64,000 nucleotides of DNA from Macrostomum lignano (lineage: Eukaryota): contig NIVC01001395.1 of the NCBI GenBank assembly GCA_002269645.1, positions 62,001-126,000 of the forward strand. The letters are read 5' to 3'. Positions within the stretch are counted from its first letter, which is position 1, and each line of letters begins with the position of its first letter. The translations under genes and the position numbers were made by a program. This document shows positions 10,987 through 23,119 of this stretch, in pieces. A model generated the notes under the pieces. That model worked only from the letters and a program-made list of their open reading frames with translations, searched no databases and had not been told where the DNA came from.

Positions 10987-12626
10987 CCCTAAAGTCGTGT
11001 CTGAATACCCCATAGAGTCGTGTCTGAATACCCCATAGAGTCGTGTCTGAATACCCCATTTTTTTATTAGAGGCAGGGGGGTTGTGTGCACCCTGGCGCA
11101 CTTTAAGCGACATAGGCACACAACCGGCGAGAGGCATTACTGCCCATTCCGCCGACTCCCCTGAGCAGGCATACAAGCGCGAGGATAAGTACGCAGGCAC
11201 ACACTCACACAGGAGTGTACAGCGGCCCTAACTTTATCAATTGTTAGGCATGTACACTTCACTGCGCCTTGGGGGTTGGCTCTCAAGGCCGTTAATTGCA
11301 CGAGCAGAGCCAAGCCGAGATTCCAATTCAGCCCCAAATTAATGTGACTGCACTTGGAATCGAGCCTGGGTCGCTGGCACACCAGAGCAGCTGCGCTACC
11401 GCTGGGCTACGGCCCCCCTTTTGAATACCCCATAGAATCGTGTCTGAATACCCCATAAAGTCGCGTCTGAATACCCCATAGAGCCGTGTCTGAATACCCC
11501 CTAGAGCCGTGTCTGAATACCCCATAGAGCCGTGTCTGAATACCCCCTAGAGCCGTGTCTGAATACCCCCTAGAGCCGTGTCTGAATACCCCATAGAGCC
11601 GTGTCTGAATACCCCCTAGAGCCGTGTCTGAATACCCCCTAATACCCCTAGAGCCGTGTCTGAATACCCCATAGAGTCGTTTCTGAATACCCCCTAGAGC
11701 CGTGTCTGAATACCCCCTAGAGTCGTTTCTGAATACCCCCTAGAGTCGTTTCTGAATACCCCATAGAGTCGTTTCTGAATACCCTAGAGTCGTGTTTGAA
11801 CACCCCACACCTCACATAATTGTGTCTGAATACCCCCTAGAGCCGTGTCTGAATACCCCATAGAGCCGTGTCTGAATACCCCCTAGAGCCGTGTCTGAAT
11901 ACCCCCTAGAGCCGTGTCTGAATACCCCATAGAGCCGTGTCTGAATACCCCCTAGAGCCGTGTCTGAATACCCCCTAGAGCCGTGTCTGAATACCCCATA
12001 GAGTCGTTTCTGAATACCCCCTAGAGCCGTGTCTGAATACCCCCTAGAGTCGTTTCTGAATACCCCCTAGAGTCGTTTCTGAATACCCCATAGAGTCGTT
12101 TCTGAATACCCTAGAGTCGTGTTTGAACACCCCACACCTCACATAATTGTGTCTGAATACCCCATAGATTCGTGTCTGAATACCCCATAGATTCTTGTCT
12201 AAATACCCATAGAGTCGTGTCTGAATACCTCACATATATTGTCTGAATACCCCAAAAAATCGTGTCTGAATACCTGATAGAGTCGTGACTGAATACCTGA
12301 TAGAGTCGTGTCTGAATACCCCATAGAGTCGTGTCTGAATACCCCATAGAGTCGTGTCTGAATACCCCATAGAGTCGTGTCAGAATACCTCATAGAATCG
12401 TGTCTGAATACCCCATAGAGTCGTGTCTGAATACCTCACATATATTGTCTGAATACCCCATAGAGTCGTGACTGAATACCTCATAGAGTCGTGACTGAAT
12501 ACCTGATAGATTCGTGTCTGAATACCCCATAGAGTCATGTCTGAATACCCATAGAATCGTGTCTAAATACCCATAGAGTCGTGTCTGAATGCCCCATAGA
12601 GTCGTGTCTGAATATCCCATAGAATC
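10987..12626. repeat. 23-bp minisatellite (CCCCATAGAGTCGTGTCTGAATA)n, interrupted by a SINE
   Basis: Tandem units with variants. Confidence 0.93.
11059..11418 (-). mobile_element. tRNA-derived SINE family B (copy 1) inserted in the 23-bp array
   Basis: Head GGGGGCCGTAGCCCAGCGG..GGCTCGATTCC, AATAAAAAAA tail, and TGAATACCCCA on both sides (11048-11058, 11422-11432). A homologous copy lies at 29340. Confidence 0.8.
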
Positions 12627-13190
12627 GTAAAATATTAAGCTACTTGAATCATCAATATCAGACTTCAGCATATTGCCATATAAGTAAGTATTAAATATCA
12701 TTCTTTGCATATCGCTAAAAATCAACATTGTCTTAAGATTTGATCTGTTTGAATTAGAACTATTGCTCTTTGGATAAGATTGCTCAGTCATCGCTCCAAA
12801 CAATTGGTCCATCTTGGTCTATTCAGCTTTCAAGTTTAGTACTCCTTGGCTAGTCAAACATCACAGGCCAAAGAGACGAAGGATGGAAGGATTGGGACAG
12901 GAGCTCAGTTTAAGTAAAAAAAGATGCAGCATACATGTACCAAAAATATGTCAGTAAGTTCGACCGGTGCACTGCAGAGCCGGCACAGCCTTCCTATCAT
13001 GTTTCTCTTGGTCTGGATTCCGGAAGGAAGGATAAACCATGCTGCTTTAAAAAATATAGGAATTATACTGACTTTCTTTACTCGAAGTATTTTACGATCG
13101 GACTCTGATTTTATCGGACTCTGTTAAAATCTCGTGCGTTAGCATAATATTCAAGCTTTTTTGGTAGCAATATGGAGCCTTCGGGCAGTG

Positions 13191-14030
13191 TCAAATCAGC
13201 TTGATTCAGGCAATTTTCAGGTATCAAATCAGCTTGATTGAGGCAATCTTCAGGTATCAAATCAACATGATTCAGGCAATCTTCAGGTATCAAATCAACA
13301 TGATTCAGGCAATTTTCAGGTATCAAATCAGCTTGATTCAGGCAATCTTCAGGTATCAAATCAGCTTGATTCAGGCAATTTTCAGGTATCAAATCAGCTT
13401 GATTCAGGCCATTTTCAGGTGTCAAATCAGCTTGATTCAGGCAATTTTCAGGTATCAAATCAGCTTGATTCAGGCAATTTTCAGGTATCAAATCAGCTTG
13501 ATTCAGGCAATCCTCAGGTGTCTAATTAACTTGATTCAGGCAATCTCCAGGTATCAAATCAGCTTGATTCAGGCAATCCTCAGGTGTCTAATTAACTTGA
13601 TTCAGGCAATCTCCAGGTATCAAATCAGCTTGATTCAGGCAATCTTCAGGTATCAAATCAGCTTGATTCAGGCAATCTTCAGTTATCAAATCAGCTTGAT
13701 TCAGGCAATCTTCAGGTATCAAATCAGCTTGATTCAGGCAATCTTCAGTTATCAAATCAGCTTGATTCAGGCAATTTTCAGGTATCAAATCAGCTTGATT
13801 CAGGCAATCTTCAGGTGTCAAATCAGCTTGATTCAGGCAATCTTCAGGTATCAAATCAGCTTGATTCAGGCAATCTTCAGGTATCAAATCAGCTTGATTC
13901 AGGCAATCTTCAGGTATCAAATCAGCTTGATTCAGGCAATCTTCAGCTGTCTAATCAGCTTGATTCAGGCAATTTTCAGCTGTCTAATCAGCTTAATTCA
14001 GACAATCTTCAGGTGTCTAGTCAACTTTAG
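13191..14030. repeat. 33-bp minisatellite (TCAAATCAGCTTGATTCAGGCAATCTTCAGGTA)n, array 1
   Basis: About 25 tandem units. Confidence 0.93.
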
Positions 14031-14509
14031 GTTTCTTTTGCATAGGTACGATAACTTAGTTAATGTTGCAGATTGTAAGCTCGTACACTACTGGAGACAG
14101 CGGTAGTGCTGACAATGCTCACAATAGCAATAAAACCTTTTGAACCGGCTCCTACATAGGCATTGATTAGCAGTTCCCGCGTGTTCTCATTATCTTGCTG
14201 TGCGACAAAGGAGGAGTCAGCCCTTCAAGTTCTCACGATCGAGAGAGTCTTTTATGGGTAAACTGTTTGAATACATACTAATAATTAAAACAGTTCTCAG
14301 CCGCTATGAGTAAAGAAGGAAAGGACAAAAGGAGCTAAGAGCTTTTCTAGCTTGTTATTAATATTGCAAGCAGCTGCAGCATGTAAGTTGCGACTGGTTG
14401 ATGCAGATTATATTTCTACTGCATAATGATGCAATTAAAAAATACTCAATTATTTAAACCATTAAACTTGGATTTCCAACTTTAGTTTAGCTTCGTTTAT
14501 CACTGATTT

Positions 14510-14812
14510 AAGACCTTGATTCCTGATGCATTAGATTCAGGTGCAACCTTCAGGTGTCTAATCAAATTGATTCAGCCAATCTTCAGGTATCTAATCAACT
14601 TGATTCAGGCAATCTTCAGGTGTCTAATCAGCTTGATTCAGCCAATCTTCAGGTGTCTAATCAACTTGATTCAGGCAATCTCCATATGTCTAATCAACTT
14701 GATTCAGGCAATCTTCAGGTGTCTAATCAACTTGATTCAAGCAATCTTCAGGTGTCTAATCAACTTGATTCAAGCAATCTTCAGGTGTCTAATCAGCTTG
14801 ATTCAGGCAATT
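14510..14812. repeat. 33-bp minisatellite, array 2
   Basis: Same unit as array 1; ends abruptly next to TGTAAC at 14815. Confidence 0.9.
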
Positions 14813-16035
14813 GATGTAACCGCCCTTGGCGTCCGTCCAGTCCGCGAAGAGGCGAAAGTATGACATAGGGGGCAATAATGACCTGACCGACCTCCAGCAC
14901 CAGACTGTCCCGCCCACATGATTGATAGCTTTGGTAGCGCTTTCATGACCAGAGGGCCAAGGACCCACATGGACCCCACCTGTAGCCAAGGTGCAATAGT
15001 CGGTCATTCGGTCATAGCATGACCGAGTGGCTGCCACCACTCTATGTGACCTGGCGCACCTAGATCTTTTTACCAGACCTCTCGAGGCTAGAGCCCCGCC
15101 TGGGATGGTTACCAGGAGATTTAGGCTAACAGGGGAGACGCATGCAGCCGAGTACAGGGACTCTGCTTGGGGCATGATCGGGAACTCTGGGCTCAATCCT
15201 GGAGGATTTCTCAGCAGGGGATCCTTTGTGGCTGTGAGCGAGGCTGACTTGCGGTTTCAATTACTAAGAGTAGTGTGAGACGAACATGTGCTGTCTCTAG
15301 TTTAGATTGCTCAGGGCGAAGGGACGCGTCAGCATGGGGTTGCAACCTTCCTGCTGCCATTCTGTGCCAAGACTCGCTAATCCCTCTACTGCACGCACAC
15401 ACGGCCCCGCAGCACGCACACACAGGCGGGCTTTGCACGGGGAGAGGCCATTAGCTTACCCAACTTCCTTATGCTTAGCCACCCAGGGAGAAAGGCTTAG
15501 CAAGCCATGAATGAAATGATGGTGAAAGTTTGAATAATGAGGAGTTGAGTAATGGTTATAATAATTAGGCCCTTAAGCAAAATAATCAGGCAATAAGCGG
15601 CTTGACTATTGAATAAACACAGCAAGTAATATGGTACCACAATTTGCTCAGCTCTCTAATCAAGCAATGGGAAATAAGCAAACCCCGGACAAGCAAGGCA
15701 ATTAGAGCACAAATTAGTAACAGGAACTTACCGGCAGCTGCACAGAGAGAGAGCGACGGAGTGACCGGGGGCGGCTGTCGGCTGCAGTCGGGCAGGCTTT
15801 GAAGTGACGAGGCGCTGATGTAGTTCAGGCGATGCTGAAGATGCTGGGCGGTATCAGACCGCGGGCCGGCAGATGAGCTCACTTGGGGAGCTGAGGGAAC
15901 TTGGCGGTAACAGACCGGCAGAGATTCGTCCTATAGACGAATGGGGGGTCAGAGCAACGTCTGACGGCAAGTCCAAAGATAGGACGAGGTAGAGAGAGAG
16001 AAGAGAGGTCACGGCGTGTTTAAAAAATGTTTATA

Positions 16036-16077
16036 TGGGCTACCGGTTTCGAGCCTCTGGGCTCTTCGTCAGGCCAA
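16036..16077 (-). ncRNA. Minimal type I hammerhead ribozyme (Penelope-type)
   Basis: Minus strand reads GGC-CUGACGA-A-GAGCC-CAGA-GGCUC-GAAA-CCG-GUA^GCC: full core, 5-bp stem II, palindromic stem III (ACCGGU), 3-bp stem I, GUA cleavage triplet. Confidence 0.85.
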
Positions 16078-16404
16078 AAATCTGTGTGTAATGCAAAGCA
16101 AGTTGGTCCTTTAAGTATTATTTTTCTTAGTCTGATAAAATTGATGAGTAGTTTGTAAATATGATGGATGTACATTTAAAACCCTGTGTTTGTCTAGCTC
16201 TAACTTGTCCCAGAGGCTTTCCACCGTTCATTTTAATCGACAGTATATTTATTATTATATAGAAATTGTTTTTTGAAATGCCAGTATTAAAGGTAGGAGC
16301 ATAAAAATCTATATTTGTGCGTACAATCAAGCAGTTTGAATAAAATAAACGTGAATAAATATTGTACTTCAATAGGGTAAAATGAGCGCATTGGTTAAAA
16401 TGAT

Positions 16405-16940
16405 TCAATGGTTTCCTGGCTGAGACTTAAACTTATTGGGAGCCAGGAGGCTCTGTAAATTTTGTTGCCGTGTAAATGCGGGCAGTATGCGGGAGCCTGG
16501 TTTATCTTGTAGCTTCTCAAAGTTTTTAGCAATCTCGTTGGCAAGCCAGACCGTAGATGGGTGAAAAGGAAGGACCATTGGGATGGGTCGGAGAAGATGA
16601 TTGTCAACCCTGATGTTCGTACCTGGCGGTTTGTCAGTCCCCAGTTTTTTATCCAGATTTCTTCCCTTAGTTCGATTTTGTTGTTATTAAGAACCTGTTC
16701 AATAGCAATGGAGACAAAGTTTGCAATCGAGTGATTGGGGGTGAGAAAGTGCTCTGACCCCGAAGTAACGACTCTCCTGTTAATATTTGACCTAAGCTGG
16801 TTCATTCTATCTCTCATTGTTCTTCTAGTCATACCTACATAGAGGATTTTCCCAGGGTGGCACTGGTTGCAGGAGATGCCATAGATGATGCTCTTGGAGC
16901 CACAGGACAGGCTCTGAGAGATTAAAAAACCGGAAGCCGG
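16405..16940 (-). pseudogene. Penelope-like element GIY-YIG endonuclease remnant (frameshifted, no RT)
   Basis: SLSCGSKSIIYGISCNQCHPGKILYVGMTRRTMRDRMNQLRSNI..SEHFLTPNHS..LREEIWIK; adding one A continues it as KLGTDKPPGTN..IPMVLPFHP..FTRQQNLQSLLAPNK* (TGA at 16405-16407). Confidence 0.85.
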
Positions 16941-17044
16941 TCTCAGTCGCTACCAGAGCAGGGTCAGAGCAACGTCTGACGGCAAGTCCAAGGATAGGAC
17001 GAGAAGAGAGACATCTGAGGGTTCTCACGCCGAAAACCTCTCCC

Positions 17045-17493
17045 TTAAATAGACCTCACCGCCGCCGCTCCAAGGTCGTTTCCATGACTCCCTCTCTCTG
17101 ATTGGCTGCCGGAGAAATGACGTCAGAATGAGTCATGATGAGAAGCATGAGAAAGCCATAGCAACATGAGAAATGGGAAAATTGCGCAATCCGGAGGAGG
17201 GGTGGGGGATAATGAGCACAGCGGGGGTCAAAGAAGTTTTGCGCATGCAAACATTGAGAACAATGTGGCGCAGGCCGAGAACAAAGGAAATGGAAATCGG
17301 GGATAATTGGGGTGAACCGAGAACAATAGAAAAGTATACATTGGGGAAAAGGTGCTAATTGGGTGCGAAAACGAGAACAAAAGAATCAAAAACGAGAACA
17401 CTAGAAGCGGAGGTGGGTGGGTGTCGCATGAGAAATCTTGAGAAGAGAACAATAGCATGAGAAAAGGTTGCGCAAGAGGGGTTGATGAGTCAT
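17045..17493 (-). promoter_or_regulatory. Putative Pol II promoter with clustered bZIP palindromes
   Basis: TATTTAA (17051-17045), CCAAT (17105-17101), TGACGTCA (17118-17125), TGAGTCA (17129-17135 and 17486-17492), ATTGCGCAAT (17181-17190), TTGCGCAA (17468-17475). Confidence 0.5.
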
Positions 17494-17514
17494 CGGGGTG
17501 AAGTAGGGGTCAGA

Positions 17515-17715
17515 AGGCTTGATTCAGACAATCTTCAGGTGTTTACTCAGCTTGATTCAGACAATCTTCAGGTGTTTACTCAGCTTGACTCAGGCAATCT
17601 TCAGGTGTATACTCAGCTTGACTCAGGCAATCTTCAGGTGTATACTCAGCTTGACTCAGGCAATCTTCAGGTGTATACTCAGCTTGATTCAGGCAATCTT
17701 CAGATGTCCGATCAA
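17515..17715. repeat. 33-bp minisatellite, array 3
   Basis: Six units of the same family, resuming right after the 2.7-kb insert. Confidence 0.9.
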
Positions 17716-18587
17716 CTTTAACTTTCTTACAAAAACTATTTTTCGAGGTGAAGCGATTTCCGTGACTAGAGAACAGCAGAGTCTTTAATTGACAGCCAAT
17801 CACTCCGACACTCTGCTTCTACGTAAAATTCAAGTTTCTCTGCCTACTCAGCAAAACTGATGTAGATGCCTTGAAAGTGTTTGAACTACACATTAATTTA
17901 GCTGGCCAAAATTCTCCAGAATAAGTTTAATGAGCTTTCAGGTTCAGGCCAGACTAACTTAAAAATAGTTCAGGTGAAAAACTTCTGTATGCCAGATGAT
18001 TAGCTTGAAGCAAACTTGAGTTAATAAGAGAATAAGAGCATTTGAGCAAACATGGCCCTTGAATCCGTTTCATTGGTACATTTCTTAGAAAACTAGATAT
18101 CGCTTTTTAAATACTTTAGTCACGATCTACTCGAAACCTGTTATATGTCGAGAACCTCATGGTTGTCCTTGCAACACCTGTTCAAGACAAATAATCTTCA
18201 GGCTGTCAAGAATTTCTGTTCTATCCATCTTGCAGGTGAGCAAACAGTGAGCAGTTTTGTTAAAATTGACATATATAGGCCAGCGTGTGGCTACCTGCCA
18301 TTAACTTGTTCTTCGCTTCCTCAAGACATTGGGAGATGAGTTAATAATTTTGCCGTGAAATATTTATACTTTATTATCGCGTTTATCTGCTGCCAGAGTT
18401 CCCACGCCAGGACTGCAGGCCTCAGGATTGCTGGGCTGGACTTTTTCAGTGGTTTTTTTGGGAGTGGCTGAAGGGAACTGGATGGATAGATGATGCTTGC
18501 TAACAAGTGTGGCATGAATGCAGGCTCTTCAACCAGAACGTGCAGCTGCTTCACTGGGCTTCGAGTGTGGTCCTTCCTTTGAGTCCA

Positions 18588-19304
<717 letters not shown>

Positions 19305-19732
19305 GACGAAATCTTGTCAAGTTCGCTCGAACCGCCTGTTTGCTGCTGTCTACCCACAGTTGCTTTTTCAGTGGATGGATCTATTTTTAGCCGTATTTCA
19401 CGTGCCACATAATGTTTCTATGCAAAATAGGCCTAAACCTGCTTCCATTTGCATCTTTTATTTTAGGCTAAACAGTGGTCCGCAGCCGTGTTGAGTGACA
19501 GCTTGTCGGCGTACATGAAAACTCCAGCTGCATTCCGCCAACAGATCTCAATTCAAAACAAGAAAGTATTCTTCCATTTCCTGCAACATATAATTGAAGA
19601 CTCTCTTGGATGTGGATTGACGGCTAAAATTACAGCAGCTAGTGACTTGGAGTTTGTTCCGGTTTGGGGAATCTGACTGATAGGGTACATTGCGTGCAAC
19701 GAAAATTGAAGAATTATGTGAGGTCGGGACTA

Positions 19733-21160
19733 GGGATTGTCAGATCGGGATTGTCAGATCGGGATTGTCAGATCGGGATTGTCAGATCGGGATTGTCAAA
19801 TCGGGATTGTCAGATCGGGATTTGGGAGCTTCAGATCGGGATTGTCAGATCGGGATTTGGGAGCTTCAGATCGGGATTGTCAGATCGGAATTGTCAGATC
19901 GGGATTGTCAGATCGGAATTGTCAGATCGGGATTGTCAGATCGGGATTGTCAAATCGGGATTGTCAGATCGGAATTGTCAGATCGGGATTGTCAGATCGG
20001 GATTGTCAGATCGGGATTGTCAGATCGGGATTGTCGGATCGGGATTGTCAGATCGGGATTGTCAGATCGGGATTGTCAGATCGGGATTGTCAGATCGGGA
20101 TTGTCAGATCGGGATTGTCAGATCGGGATTGTCAGATCGGGATTGTCAGATCGGGATTGTCAGATCGGGATTGTCAGATCGGGATTGTCAGATCGGGATT
20201 GTCAGATCGGGATGGTCAGATCGGGATTTGGGAGCTTCAGATCGGGATTGTCAGATCGGGATTGTCAGATCGGGATTTGGGAGCTTCAGATCGGGATTGT
20301 CAGATCGGGATTGTCAGATCGGGATTGTCAGATCGGGATTGTCAGATCGGGATTGTCAGATCGGGATTGTCAGATCGGGATTGTCAGATCGGGATGGTCA
20401 GATCGGGATTTGGGAGCTTCAGATCGGGATTGTCAGATCGGGATTGTCAGATCGGGATTGTCAGATCGGGATTGTCAGATCGGGATTGTCAGATCGGGAT
20501 TGTCAGATCGGGATTTGGGAGCTTCAGATCGGGATTTGGGAGCTTCAGATCGGGATTGTCAGATCGGGATTTGGGAGCTTCAGATCGGGATTGTCAGATC
20601 GGGATTTGGGAGCTTCAGATCGGGATTGTCAGATCGGGATTTGGGAGCTTCAGATCGGGATTGTCAGATCGGGATTTGGGAGCTTCAGATCGGGATTGTC
20701 AGATCGGGATTGTCAAATCGGGATTGTCAGATCGGGATTGTCAGATCGGGATTGTCAGATCGGGATTGTCAGATCGGGATTTGGGAGCTTCAGATCGGGA
20801 TTGTCAGATCGGGATTTGGGAGCTTCAGATCGGGATTGTCAGATCGGGATTTGGGAGCTTCAGATCGGGATTTGGGAGCTTCAGATCGGGATTTGGAAGC
20901 TTCAGATCGGGATTGTCAGATCGGGATTTGGGAGCTTCAGATCGGGATTGTCAAATCGGGATTGTCAGATCGGGATTGTCAGATCGGGATTGTCAGATCG
21001 GGATTGTCAGATCGGGATTGTCAGATCGGGATTTGGGAGCTTCAGATCGTGATTGTCAGATCGTGATTGTCAGATCGTGATTGTCAGATTGTGATTGTCA
21101 GATCGGGATTGTCAGATCGGGATTTGGGAGCTTCAGATCGGGATTGTCAGATCGGGATTC
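19733..21160. repeat. Two-unit minisatellite: 14-bp GATCGGGATTGTCA interspersed with 21-bp GATCGGGATTTGGGAGCTTCA
   Basis: Direct observation. Confidence 0.95.
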
Positions 21161-22115
21161 AACAGCCTCTTCAGCTCCATTTTTATTGTCATAAAAATTC
21201 CAAAACCTGCAAAAGCAGCTCATTGGGAGGGGACAGAATTGAGAATATTCTGATGCAGTACAATACTCGTATAAGGAGACATGTGATAGCTCGTAATTTG
21301 CATATTTAAATAATTCTCTCAAATTGAGGCCACAAGTCACTAAGGCAGCTGAATCCCAGTTTAAAGACAGAACAATGTCCCATCAAGCAAGCATTGCAGT
21401 AGATTTTGGAGTCGCATAACTTATGCCATTTTCCTGACAGTTTAATAGCAGAGGATCTGTGTGCTGAGGAAATATGATGAGCTGACTTTTCCAAGAAAAG
21501 ACGTGACTTAAAAAGACGATTTTGCAAAGCGATTTGATGTCGAACTGCTGGTTAAATTTGGCTAAATATGTCAAAGGTTTTCATGTAAATATAGTTTTAT
21601 ATTATTGCAATGCATATTTTGGAAATAAAATTTGTTTTCTGTGTAAAAAGAAGATCATGTTATGATAATCTTTTATACTTCTATAGTCTATGGTTCGAGT
21701 CTATTCTATTTATAGTCTATTGTACAACTATAGAAAGTGTACTACAAAACTCTATGGTAGAGTCTGCAAAGAGCTATTTCTACCATAGACTATAGAAGTA
21801 GCTCTTTGCAGACTATAGAAGTAGCTGTTGTCTATGGTTTGAGTGTACTATGTGCTGTACAATTATACAGTCTTTTCAGTTCCCCACTTTTTTTAAAGAA
21901 GCTTTCTGTCTGCGGATTCAAAACTGAATAATTGTAGTGGTTTGAACGAGAGGTGAAGTAAGATCGTAAGGTTGACTATTTTGACAAAAATCCAATCTGA
22001 ATTTTACTAAATTTTACGACTTTAGGTTGCTCAGCCCGCTTTTCATAATACGAGCTTCTCATGATTAAATGTAAGTTTCAAATTAATGTTCTAGTGTTCT
22101 TTTCCTATGTTCCAA

Positions 22116-22391
<276 letters not shown>

Positions 22392-23119
22392 AGATCAGAA
22401 CTCTAGACTCAAAGAACGCAAACTCTAATAAGAAAAGCAGTGCAATACCTTAGACACTATAGTGAGGCAAGTGGGCAGTTAATGCTAAGAACGACATCCG
22501 ATCCGACGATCCATACCATAAAGCTAAAACAGTCTACTAGGAGCTCAAAGAAGTTACGCTATTACCTGAACGAAACCACTTACGAGAAGTTCTAGACGGC
22601 TACCTCAGAAAGACCGCCAGGGCACAGAACTTGGCAATGAATTATTGAATGCTAGAACCAGATTTCGCGCTTACCCAACCGCGCACTCTGAGCACATGTT
22701 TAGCCCAATGGTCTCCTCCGCCCTCCATTTTGCGTAGGCTCATGAATTATGCATTAACAGGCAAGTTCTAGCGGGTTCCGCAATTGGCAGACGAGTCTGC
22801 ATTGTCGCCCAGCTTCGGGTTCCTCTTGCTTGGCTGTCAACGATTGGATGAGGCCGCGAGCACTGATGCTGCGTCTCCTCCTCTCACTGTGTCTCAAGCT
22901 GAGATCCAACCGTATAAAACAACTGTTCAAGTCTGCTCCGGTTTGTCCGCTGCTGTTCTTTGCTGGTTGTCGTCTTTTTGGCTTCATTTGTTGGGAAACA
23001 CTGCGACAATCAACGGTTGAGGTGAGGTAACACTGCTGGCTGAGACATTGTGACAGAATCGTAGCTCTTAATTATTGAGTCTCAATTTCTCCTTCTTCTC
23101 AACATCTCCAAAATCAGGA

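Noticed and set aside
12830-13110. Possible coding exon (DAAYMYQKYVSKFDRC..KPCCFKKY)
   Set aside because: Bounded by stops, needs frameshifts to extend, and has no recognisable homology or consistent splice sites.
18321-18554. Minus-strand PLPKKPLKKSSPAILRP resembling a LINE RT domain-1 motif
   Set aside because: A single short motif with no adjacent RT motifs.
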